Of a stretch of 64,000 bases of DNA, positions 30,881 through 38,621 are shown in pieces. Where the stretch lies: assembly GCA_963764695.1 (NCBI GenBank), contig CAVXTW010000015.1, positions 157,845 to 221,844 on the forward strand, read 5' to 3'. How positions within the stretch are numbered: the stretch's first letter is position 1; each line of letters opens with the position of its first letter. The notes beneath the pieces were generated by a model. That model did not search any database. It was not told the DNA's origin and worked only from the letters and a program-made list of their open reading frames with translations. A program made the position numbers and the translations under genes. The DNA comes from an uncultured delta proteobacterium. Lineage in GTDB: Bacteria > Myxococcota_A > Polyangia > Haliangiales > Haliangiaceae.

Positions 30881-31207
30881 GTGATCGCGCGGCGCTGGAC
30901 GGCCAGCGCCAGCGACGAGGGCGCGCGCGCCTACGTCAGCTTCTTCGAGCGGGTGCTGGTTCCCCAGCTCGATCGCATCGACGGGCACCGCGGCGCGCTG
31001 GTCCTGACGCGTCCGGCCGACGATGGAGACGGCGTCAACATCACGGTGCTCACGTTCTGGGCATCCATGGAGGCGATCTCTCGCTTCGCCGGATCGACGC
31101 CGGATCTGGCCGTGGTCGAGCCGGACGCGCGCGCCGTGCTGCTGGCGTTCGACGAGCGCGTCGAGCACGAGGAGGTCGCGGTGCACACGCTGCGGGCGCC
31201 GCGGTAG
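30881..31207 (+). CDS. antibiotic biosynthesis monooxygenase (ABM)/Dabb-like small protein
   Basis: A 108-residue ferredoxin-like fold pattern (YVSFFERVLVPQLDRIDGHRGALVLTRP...NITVLTFWASMEAISRFAG) fits the ABM family. It is the third gene of the operon. Confidence 0.55.
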   Translation: MIARRWTASASDEGARAYVSFFERVLVPQLDRIDGHRGALVLTRPADDGDGVNITVLTFWASMEAISRFAGSTPDLAVVEPDARAVLLAFDERVEHEEVAVHTLRAPR

Positions 31208-31216
31208 CAGACGGGC

Positions 31217-32677
31217 TCAGTTCACCTCGAACTGCCGCCGGACCGGAAAGAGACTTCGATCATCAACCGCGTGGATCGTGATGATTCCCGGCTTCGTCCC
31301 CTCCGGCACGGTGAAGACGACCGGGGTCGTCAGCGCTCCGGCCTCGCTGGTCTCCGCGGTCCCGACCTCCGGCGAGTCGAGCGTGCCGACCCGGATGCTC
31401 ACGGTCGCGCTGGCCGCGAAGTTCTCGCCCGCGATCTGGATCTGGGTGCCGACGGGGCCCTGCAGGGGACTGAGCGACAGCTCGGGGCCGTAGATCTCGA
31501 CGGTGCCGACCGACGCGGCGCCGGCGCCACCGATGGCCCAGATGCGCCCGTCCGGCCCGAGCGTGACGCCGAGCGATGCGCGACCGCCGGCGGGTAGCGA
31601 CGCGACCGGGAACCAGTGATCCGCTTCCGGCGAGTACGCCTGCACCACGTCGAGCGGATTCACGTCATCGTCGCCGCCCACGACGTAGAGCCGGCCGTCG
31701 CCCGCCGTGGCGGCGCCATGGTTTGCGCGCACCGACGGCAGATCGGCGACCTCGCTCCAGGCCGAGTCGCCCGGCTTCCAGCGAAGGGTGCTGGAGAGAT
31801 ATCCGGTGAAGGCCCTGCCGCCGAGCACGTAGATGTGATCGCCGACGGTGGCGGCGGCGTGATCGATGATGCCGAACGGCAGATCGGCAGGCGCGGGATC
31901 CCACATGCGGACGCCGGGCGCGGCCGGCGGAGGCTGGTAGGACTCGACGGCCGAGCCATAGGCCGACTTGTTGGCAGAGGGCTCGGGCGAGCCGCCGATC
32001 GCGTACACCTTGCCGTCGGGGCCGATTGCTGCAGCGAGCGAGGAGCGCCCCGGATCGATCGAGGCCAGCTGGGTCCAGGCCGCGGCGCCGGGCGGCAATC
32101 CCCACGCGCGCTCGACCCGCAGGCCATCGCTCTCGCGGCCGCCGATGGTCCACACGTTGGTCCCGTCGCCGACGACAGCCATGTCCGAGAACGGGATCTG
32201 GAACTCGAGCGGATCGTCCACCGGAACCTCGGTCCAGCCCCCGCCGACCAGGAAGGCGACGCGGGTGCCGCGCAGCACCCAGATGGTGGCGTCGCCCAGC
32301 CCGGCCACCATCGACCCGATGTAGGTGGGCAGCGTGGGCCCGTCGATCCAGGACGGCGGCCCGCTGGCCAGCGCGCAGAAAGTGTCAACGCAGCTCTCGG
32401 TCGTGCAGTCGGCCGGGACCTCGCAGTGCTTGTGCGGCGCGCACGGATCGCACAAGCCGCCGCAGTTGACGTCGGTCTCGTCCTGATTCTGCTCCTCGTC
32501 GCTGCAGCTGGCCACGGCGTCGTCGCCACCGTCGTCGTCCGACGATCCGTCGTCGTCCGCCGATGCATCCGAGGGCAGGCCGTCGTCGTCCCCGCCGCGC
32601 GAGACCGAACCGCACGCCGCCGCCCCCAGCGCGAACGCCATCGCGCTCGCCATTCCCCATGCACGCAGTCTCATCAC
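31217..32677 (-). CDS. secreted kelch-repeat lipoprotein with Cys-rich N-terminal module and C-terminal IPT/TIG-like domain
   Basis: Signal peptide with Cys (FALGAAACGS). An Asp/Ser-rich linker is followed by CGGLCDPCAPHKHCEVPADCTTESCVDTFC. Kelch blades follow (IYAIGGSPEP, IYVLGGRAF, LYVVGGDDD, IWAIGGAGA), then a C-terminal Ig-like domain. Confidence 0.75.
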   Translation of the reverse strand: MMRLRAWGMASAMAFALGAAACGSVSRGGDDDGLPSDASADDDGSSDDDGGDDAVASCSDEEQNQDETDVNCGGLCDPCAPHKHCEVPADCTTESCVDTFCALASGPPSWIDGPTLPTYIGSMVAGLGDATIWVLRGTRVAFLVGGGWTEVPVDDPLEFQIPFSDMAVVGDGTNVWTIGGRESDGLRVERAWGLPPGAAAWTQLASIDPGRSSLAAAIGPDGKVYAIGGSPEPSANKSAYGSAVESYQPPPAAPGVRMWDPAPADLPFGIIDHAAATVGDHIYVLGGRAFTGYLSSTLRWKPGDSAWSEVADLPSVRANHGAATAGDGRLYVVGGDDDVNPLDVVQAYSPEADHWFPVASLPAGGRASLGVTLGPDGRIWAIGGAGAASVGTVEIYGPELSLSPLQGPVGTQIQIAGENFAASATVSIRVGTLDSPEVGTAETSEAGALTTPVVFTVPEGTKPGIITIHAVDDRSLFPVRRQFEVN

Positions 32678-32748
32678 GACCCCCGTCGGGCGATCCTAGC
32701 GGGACCGTCGCGGCAGTGGAAGGTCGTTTTCTGTTCAGCGAGACAGGG

Positions 32749-33396
32749 CTAGAACTCGACGCGATAGCCGATCGCGCCGCTCAGCACGTCAACAAGGTCG
32801 AGGCGGTCGGGGTTCTCCAGGTAGGAGGTGGCGAACGTGTCCAGCGTGGTGGCGCGGTAGAAGATGGCGTGGCGGGTGAAGACGCCGTGGCGCGGCTCCC
32901 AGGCCAGCTCGACGCCGACATGCGCCAGCCAGTGCAGGGCGGTCGGCGGGTAGTACCCGGATGGATACTTGTCCGGGAAGGTGACGTGGTACTGGTCGCC
33001 GAAGACGTACATGACACCGGCGCCGAGCTCGACCGGCACCAGAGACCAGCCACGGCGTCCCAGGTCGATGTGGAACGGGCGGATCACAAGAGTCGCGTCG
33101 ACGTTGAACACGTCCTTGCCCGACAGCCGGCCGGGCGTGTAACCGAACCCGGCCGACAGGTGCACGACGTCGTCGAGGAAGGCGTATCCGGGGGCGATGT
33201 TCATGGCGCCAATCCAGCCGCCGTACTGGAGCCGCACGAAGTCCGGCGCGGCCCAGCCGAGGCGACCGGCGTGCCGGTCGCGCTCGTCGTCGTCGTGGTC
33301 TGCGAGCGATGCGCGCGCCGGGCTCTGCGCGCCGGCGTCACCAGCGCCGGTGGCCGACACCAGCGCGACGGAGAGGATGCAGAGTCCGCGCCTCAC
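32749..33396 (-). CDS. outer membrane beta-barrel protein (hypothetical)
   Basis: GTG start overlaps the upstream stop (GTGA). Signal peptide VRRGLCILSVALVSATGAGDAGA. Alternating amphipathic strands end in the OMP C-terminal signature GYRVEF. The upstream Arg-rich part of the 471-codon ORF is rejected. Confidence 0.6.
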   Translation of the reverse strand: MRRGLCILSVALVSATGAGDAGAQSPARASLADHDDDERDRHAGRLGWAAPDFVRLQYGGWIGAMNIAPGYAFLDDVVHLSAGFGYTPGRLSGKDVFNVDATLVIRPFHIDLGRRGWSLVPVELGAGVMYVFGDQYHVTFPDKYPSGYYPPTALHWLAHVGVELAWEPRHGVFTRHAIFYRATTLDTFATSYLENPDRLDLVDVLSGAIGYRVEF

Positions 33397-34253
33397 GGCA
33401 GAGGCACCGGGGCAGCACAGCCGTCCAGATCGCACAGCTCGACGTCGGTCGCGCGGCCGTCCGTCACCGTCACCAGGTTGTATGTGAACACCACCTGAAA
33501 GGTCCCGCTCTGCAAGATTGGCGTGTCGTGATAGCGATGGAGTCGGCGCTCGATCCGATGTGAGTGGAGCACCAGGCTGGTGACCGGATAGTCGTCGAGC
33601 AGGCGCGCATAGAACTGCTTGCCGTCGGTGCCGGGCGGCTCGTCGGGCCGGGGGATCTCCTGGTGCGTGACCCATATCGCCGACGTTGCCCCCTCCAGAT
33701 CCGACAGCTGCGCTTCGAGCCACTCTCTGTCGGGAGCCTGGCCGGGAAACTCGAGGCTGTTGGAGTTGAAGAAGATCAGCTTCACGCCGCCGAACACGAA
33801 GCTGTAGTCGAGCGCCCCGTACATTCGCCGGTAGACCTCGGCGCCGTTGCTCAGGGCATCGTGATTGCCGATCACGGTGAGATAGGGAATTTCGAGATCC
33901 GACAGCTCCTCGCGAGTGAGCTCGAACTCGCGGAGGAGGCCCTGATCGGTCTGATCGCCGAGGTCGATCACGAACGCCACGTCGTCGCGCAGGTTGATCG
34001 CGCCGACCGCCTCGTTCAGCGCGGAGTAGTCGTCGTGCGTGTCGCCGATGACGACGAACTTGAAGGAAGGGATCTCGGCCCGTCGCGCCTCGATCCGCGC
34101 CAGGTCCTTCGCGGTGAGATCGACCTCCGACGGCTCGGTGTCGAACGGCGTCGGCTGCAGGCACGCGGCCGCTCCGGTGCCCGAGACGAACGCAGCGACG
34201 GCGACGAGCGATCGCCGCCGACGCAGACCCTCACCCACGATGGCTGACGCCAT
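33393..34253 (-). CDS. metallophosphoesterase lipoprotein (calcineurin-like phosphoesterase)
   Basis: Lipoprotein signal MASAIVGEGLRRRRSLVAVAAFVSGTGAAAC. Metallophosphoesterase motifs are FVVIGDTHDD, VIDLGDQTD and VIGNHD. It is translationally coupled to the downstream OMP gene. Confidence 0.8.
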   Translation of the reverse strand: MASAIVGEGLRRRRSLVAVAAFVSGTGAAACLQPTPFDTEPSEVDLTAKDLARIEARRAEIPSFKFVVIGDTHDDYSALNEAVGAINLRDDVAFVIDLGDQTDQGLLREFELTREELSDLEIPYLTVIGNHDALSNGAEVYRRMYGALDYSFVFGGVKLIFFNSNSLEFPGQAPDREWLEAQLSDLEGATSAIWVTHQEIPRPDEPPGTDGKQFYARLLDDYPVTSLVLHSHRIERRLHRYHDTPILQSGTFQVVFTYNLVTVTDGRATDVELCDLDGCAAPVPLP

Positions 34254-34609
34254 TCTCTCCACCCCCCATTCGCCCCTCCCCGAGCGACGGATGCCTGAAT
34301 GACCACATAGCGCGCAGACCAGGGGTGGCAAGCGCCAGCGGACCGGTACACCTCGTCGGGTCGTGGTCCGGACTGGCGCATGGCCGCCCTGTGAGGAGTC
34401 CGACAGTGTGTGACGCCGTGTGACGGTGCCGGAACGTGTTCCTGGAACGTGTCGGCCGTGATCCAGCGCGCGCCCTGGACGGACGAACGCCTCGTTCGCG
34501 GCCACGGAGAGCGATCCGGCGCACGCGTCTCGCAGGCATGGGCACTGCTACACACCGCCCCGGTCACTCGACCGCGTCAACCAGAACGATCTCACCGAGG
34601 AGGTACCTG

Positions 34610-34951
34610 ATGAACCGTTCGATGCTTCGACGTATCAGTCTGCTGGGCGCGCTGCTCGCCGTCGTGTTCCTGTCCTTCGCCGGCCATCAGGCCGCGGCCG
34701 AAGACCGGCAGCCCGCCGGGCCGGTCGCGGCGCAGGCCCTCGACGAGGCCCCGGCTGTTGCCGCCGCGCCCGAGCAGACGACCGAGCGCGACGCCGCGGC
34801 CGCACAGGCGGAGCCGGGTCAGGACACCGAGGACGTCTGGTCGCCCCACACGTCGCCGACGCAGATGGCGTGCGGTGACCGGCGGTGCAGCGGCAGCCTG
34901 CAGTGCTGCTGGTACCAGCGCTGTTCCGCCGGCCGCTGCGTCGCCTGGTAG
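34610..34951 (+). CDS. small secreted Cys-rich peptide (113 aa; 7 Cys in C-terminal 28 residues)
   Basis: A strong GGAGG RBS precedes ATG 34610. Signal peptide MNRSMLRRISLLGALLAVVFLSFAGHQAAA. An Ala/Glu/Gln-rich linker leads to the C-terminal knot-like module MACGDRRCSGSLQCCWYQRCSAGRCVAW. Confidence 0.6.
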   Translation: MNRSMLRRISLLGALLAVVFLSFAGHQAAAEDRQPAGPVAAQALDEAPAVAAAPEQTTERDAAAAQAEPGQDTEDVWSPHTSPTQMACGDRRCSGSLQCCWYQRCSAGRCVAW

Positions 34952-35058
34952 CTTCACACGGCTGCACCGGGACCTCGCCGGCGTGGGCGGGGTCCCTCCA
35001 TCCTCGGGCTCGGGTATCCTGTCGATGCGGCGCGTCGATCGCGTCGAGGCTTGCAACC

Positions 35059-36273
35059 TTGAGCTCGAAGCGCATCCATCTCACCGTTCACGGGCCGGAC
35101 CGACCCGGCATCTGTCACGCCATCTGCCAGGTGCTGGCGCGCCACGCCGTGCCGGTCGTCGACATCGAGCAGGCCTCGACGCACCGCCTGCTGTCGCTGT
35201 CGTTCGTGATCGACCTCGGGCACATCGACGGCCAGCAGGAGGAGGCGGCGCTGGTCAAGGAGCTGCTCTACGAGGCCTGGCAGATCGGGGCCAACGTGCA
35301 GCTCGAGCCGATGAAGGACGACGACTTCATCGCGTTCCCGGAGCTGACCGACTCGGTCAACCGCAACCTGTACGCGATCACGCTGATCGGCAACCAGGTC
35401 GGCGCCGAGGGGCTGGCCGCCGTGACCGGAGTGCTGGCCAGGCGCTCGGCCAACATCACCAACATCCACAAGCTGTCGCGCCGGCGGCTGGCCGCGGTCG
35501 AGATGATCGCCAGCGTCCCGAGCGGCGAGATGACCGAGGTCAAGGGTGAGCTGCTGCTGGCCGCGCAGGGGCTCGACATCGACGTGGCGGTGCAGCGGGA
35601 GAACCTGTACCGCCGCTCCAAGCGGCTCGTCGTGTTCGACATGGACTCGACGCTGATCGAGCAGGAGGTCATCGACGAGGTCGCGCGCGCTGTCGGCTGC
35701 TACGAGCCGGTGGCCGAGCTGACCGCGCGGGCCATGCGCGGCGAGCTGGACTTTCACCAGGCGTTCGCTGCCCGGGTCGCGCTCCTGCGCGGTGCGCGAT
35801 TCGACGAGATCGTCGCGCGAGTGGCCCCGACCCTCGAGCTCACCCCGGGCGCGCAGGAGCTGATCCGCGTGCTCAAGAAGCTCGGCTACAAGCTGGCTGT
35901 CATCTCGGGCGGCTTCAGCGCGTTCGTCGATCCGATCGTCGAGCGCCTCGGGCTGGACTACGGCTTCTCCAACGAGCTCGACGTCGAGGACGGCCTGCTG
36001 ACCGGACGCGTTCGCGGCCAGGTGGTCGATCGACAGCGCAAGGCCGATCTGTTGAGTCAGGTCGCCCGCGCCGAGAGCATCCAGCTCGACCAGGTCATGG
36101 CCGTCGGCGACGGCGCCAACGACATCGCCATGCTCGAGCGCGCCGGCCTCGGCGTCGCCTTCAACGCCAAGAAGACGGTGCAGGACGCCGCCCCGGTGGC
36201 GGTCAACCAGACCAGCATGGCGTCGCTGCTCTACCTGCTCGGCATCCGCGAGGACGAGGTCGCCGAGCTCTGA
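35059..36273 (+). CDS. serB: phosphoserine phosphatase SerB with N-terminal tandem ACT domains
   Basis: ACT domains (IHLTVHGPDRPGICHAICQVLARH) are followed by a HAD phosphatase domain. HAD motif I is VVFDMDSTLI, motif II is SGGF and motif III is GDGANDIAM. A TTG start at 35059 is inferred; other in-frame starts further upstream are possible. Confidence 0.85.
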   Translation: MSSKRIHLTVHGPDRPGICHAICQVLARHAVPVVDIEQASTHRLLSLSFVIDLGHIDGQQEEAALVKELLYEAWQIGANVQLEPMKDDDFIAFPELTDSVNRNLYAITLIGNQVGAEGLAAVTGVLARRSANITNIHKLSRRRLAAVEMIASVPSGEMTEVKGELLLAAQGLDIDVAVQRENLYRRSKRLVVFDMDSTLIEQEVIDEVARAVGCYEPVAELTARAMRGELDFHQAFAARVALLRGARFDEIVARVAPTLELTPGAQELIRVLKKLGYKLAVISGGFSAFVDPIVERLGLDYGFSNELDVEDGLLTGRVRGQVVDRQRKADLLSQVARAESIQLDQVMAVGDGANDIAMLERAGLGVAFNAKKTVQDAAPVAVNQTSMASLLYLLGIREDEVAEL

Positions 36274-36286
36274 GCCCGGCGCCGGT

Positions 36287-36733
36287 TCACTTCTCCTCGT
36301 CCGGCTTCAGCTTGACCCAGGGCACCAGCTGGCTGGCGTCGACCGGCTCCAGCTCGGGCGGCTTCTTCGCGCGCGTCGAGCGGCTCTCTTGCGGAAAGAA
36401 GATCTCGTTCTCGTCGAACGACGTACCGCCGCCGAGCAGCACATTGGGACTGCTCGAGAAGATCACCCCGATCACCGCGGCCGCCGACGCCGCCACGGTC
36501 TCGACCTTCCGCATCTTGTCGGGCAGCGGCTTGCGCTGCTCCGGCCCGGGCCGCGCGGCAGCCTTGTCCAGCCGCTCGTTGCGCCGGTCCGCATCGTCCG
36601 GCAGCCCCCTCATGTCCAGCAACGTCGCCGGCATCGTGCTGTGCCAGCAGCCGGTGACGAGCGCGATCGCGAGCATCAGCGCCGATGCGCTCTTCAAGTC
36701 AGGGCGGCCTTCCAGCATGGCGGCATCGATCAC
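36287..36733 (-). CDS. hypothetical lipoprotein
   Basis: Lipobox in MLAIALVTGCW. Charged low-complexity mature region. An alternative start lies at the second Met (36718). Confidence 0.55.
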   Translation of the reverse strand: MIDAAMLEGRPDLKSASALMLAIALVTGCWHSTMPATLLDMRGLPDDADRRNERLDKAAARPGPEQRKPLPDKMRKVETVAASAAAVIGVIFSSSPNVLLGGGTSFDENEIFFPQESRSTRAKKPPELEPVDASQLVPWVKLKPDEEK

Positions 36734-36847
36734 GTTGCATCGGCAGTACCAGTCGCGGCCCTGACGAGATTCGCGCGCTTGCGCTCAGCGCCCGCCGCGC
36801 ACCTGTGGCCGCCGCGCCACACGATGCGTCGAGCCAGGCCGGGAGTT

Positions 36848-37705
36848 TCACTCCATCTGGCCGGCCCGGACGGCCTCGTCGATGGCGCTCTGCAGGAGTG
36901 CCGGGTCGCGCTTGGCGGCCGCGACCAGCTCGGCCACCGATTCGAGCACGCTCCGGTCCGTCGACCAGATCGCCAGGCCTTCGGCTTCCGGATCGAAGCG
37001 GAGCGCGCGGAGAAGCCAGGGCCGCTTCAGCGAGACAAGGCCGTGAACGATGCCGGCCCAGCTCTCCCCGCCGCCCTGGTAGCCCTTCGCATCGAGCTGG
37101 GCGTAGCTCGAGTCGGTCTCGTGGACATCGTGGTAGTCGTAGCGAAAGCTCCCCGGGGCGACCTCCACGATGGTGCCTCGTCCGCTCGACGCGCGAGCAG
37201 ATGCCACCGCCGTGGGCCGCGCGGGCCTGGCGGACGCAGGCCTGCCGCGCTCCGCCGCCGGGCGGGTGAAGGTCTCGTACTCGATCTCGACGACCTCGCC
37301 CTTGAGCCGGGTGCTCGTCTCCCTGGCGGCCGGCTTCAAATCGTCCGGATAGGCGATCACGAGGTGGGTGTCATCGCGCCACGTCACACGTACCGGCACG
37401 TCCGCCTCGTAAACGGCGAACACACCGCCGCCGCCTCGCGAGTCGGGCCAGCCGAACTCGACCATGACCTGCGTGGTGTCCCCGGCGTCCGACTGCGTCG
37501 AGAACACGCGCGCACCGTGCTTCTCACCCGGAGAGACGAAGACGTGAGAGACACTCCCATCCGCGCCGGACGTCACCGTCACGACGATCTGTTTCTTAGG
37601 CACCGACCGCTCCCCGCAGCCAGGAGCCAGCGAGCAGGCCGCGACGATCCAGATCCACGATCTCGCCATGCCGCGACGAGACCACAGTTTCGCCGCGCCG
37701 TGCAC
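36848..37705 (-). CDS. hypothetical lipoprotein
   Basis: Signal WIWIVAACSLAPGCGERS with a lipobox-like Cys, then a 260-residue mature domain with no recognisable family. Confidence 0.55.
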   Translation of the reverse strand: MHGAAKLWSRRGMARSWIWIVAACSLAPGCGERSVPKKQIVVTVTSGADGSVSHVFVSPGEKHGARVFSTQSDAGDTTQVMVEFGWPDSRGGGGVFAVYEADVPVRVTWRDDTHLVIAYPDDLKPAARETSTRLKGEVVEIEYETFTRPAAERGRPASARPARPTAVASARASSGRGTIVEVAPGSFRYDYHDVHETDSSYAQLDAKGYQGGGESWAGIVHGLVSLKRPWLLRALRFDPEAEGLAIWSTDRSVLESVAELVAAAKRDPALLQSAIDEAVRAGQME

Positions 37706-37841
37706 GGGGAACGATCGCGTGGCGAGACCCGACGGCGCTCCTCGTCACCTTTTCACGTCGGCCGGCCGAGAAGTTTTTCGGCGGAGCTCGTCAAGGCAGA
37801 TGAGAGTCGCGATCGGTGTACTGGCCGATCAGGAGTCCCAT

Positions 37842-38237
37842 GTGACGGCACCCTCCTTGACGCTGCTGCTGCTCGTCACCCTCGCGGTCTGGCGTGTCAC
37901 GCATCTGCTCGTGGCGGAGGACGGCCCGGCCGATCTGATCGCGAGGCTCCGGGGCGCCGCGCAGGGCGGTCCGTTCGGTCGCCTGCTCGACTGCTTCTAC
38001 TGCCTGAGCCTGTGGATCGCGGCGCCGTTCGCCTGGCTGATCGCGGCGGACTGGAGGGGCGGCGTTCTCGCGTGGCTCGCGCTCTCCGGCGGGGCGGTCC
38101 TGCTGGAGCGGCTGACCGCGACGCGGGCAGCGACGGTGGAATGGCGCGAGGACCGCCACGTGACCGAGGCGGCGAATGTGCCGCAGCACCCGATGGCCGA
38201 GAGAGACGAGGAGAACAAGCATGTCGTGCTGCGGTAA
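37842..38237 (+). CDS. DUF1360 family membrane protein
   Basis: An AGGAG RBS lies 6 nt before GTG 37842. Two TM helices flank the conserved motif GRLLDCFYCLSLWIAAPFAWL that is diagnostic of DUF1360 proteins. Confidence 0.65.
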   Translation: MTAPSLTLLLLVTLAVWRVTHLLVAEDGPADLIARLRGAAQGGPFGRLLDCFYCLSLWIAAPFAWLIAADWRGGVLAWLALSGGAVLLERLTATRAATVEWREDRHVTEAANVPQHPMAERDEENKHVVLR

Positions 38238-38475
38238 TGGTCGCGCCACACCGGGCCCGGTCGCGGTGCCCTCCGCGCCGAGCGCACCGGTCGTTCGTTC
38301 CGCGCGCGCGTCCGCGCCGGTCGACTTCGAGCTCATCGGCAGCGGGCGACTGCTGGTGACCGGCCCGAGCACCGGCATGATCTATCGCTTCGGCGGCCGC
38401 GGGACGCGGGTCCGGGTCGCCGCCAGGGACGCGCCGTTCCTGTACGCGATCCCGGCATTGCGACCCGTCCGGTAA
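38221..38475 (+). CDS. small hypothetical protein (84 aa) overlapping the 3' end of the DUF1360 gene
   Basis: A GAGGAG RBS lies 7 nt upstream of ATG 38221, in the +1 frame relative to the last five codons of the DUF1360 gene. GC3-biased codons. The sequence begins MSCCGNGRATPGPV and continues IGSGRLLVTGPSTGMIYRFGGRGTRVRVAARDAPFLYAIPALRP. Confidence 0.4.
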   Translation: MSCCGNGRATPGPVAVPSAPSAPVVRSARASAPVDFELIGSGRLLVTGPSTGMIYRFGGRGTRVRVAARDAPFLYAIPALRPVR

Positions 38476-38621
38476 TCGCATCGCCGCGCCTCGAGCGGTT
38501 CACGCCGGCATCGGCCGGCGCCAGGCGGTCCTGCGCGCGCGCTCTGCCGCGCAGAGACGGTCGAGCACGCTTTTTCTTCAGCAGTCACGACATCGACGCA
38601 CCACAGGAAGGACAGCAGCAA

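Noticed and set aside
33397-34505. Extended start of the metallophosphoesterase ORF (MAANEAFVRPG...) and the Arg-rich N-terminus of the OMP ORF (MPAADAVRHR...)
   Set aside because: Both upstream extensions are Arg-rich and lack signal peptides. Internal starts give a canonical lipoprotein signal peptide and a GTGA-coupled OMP start.
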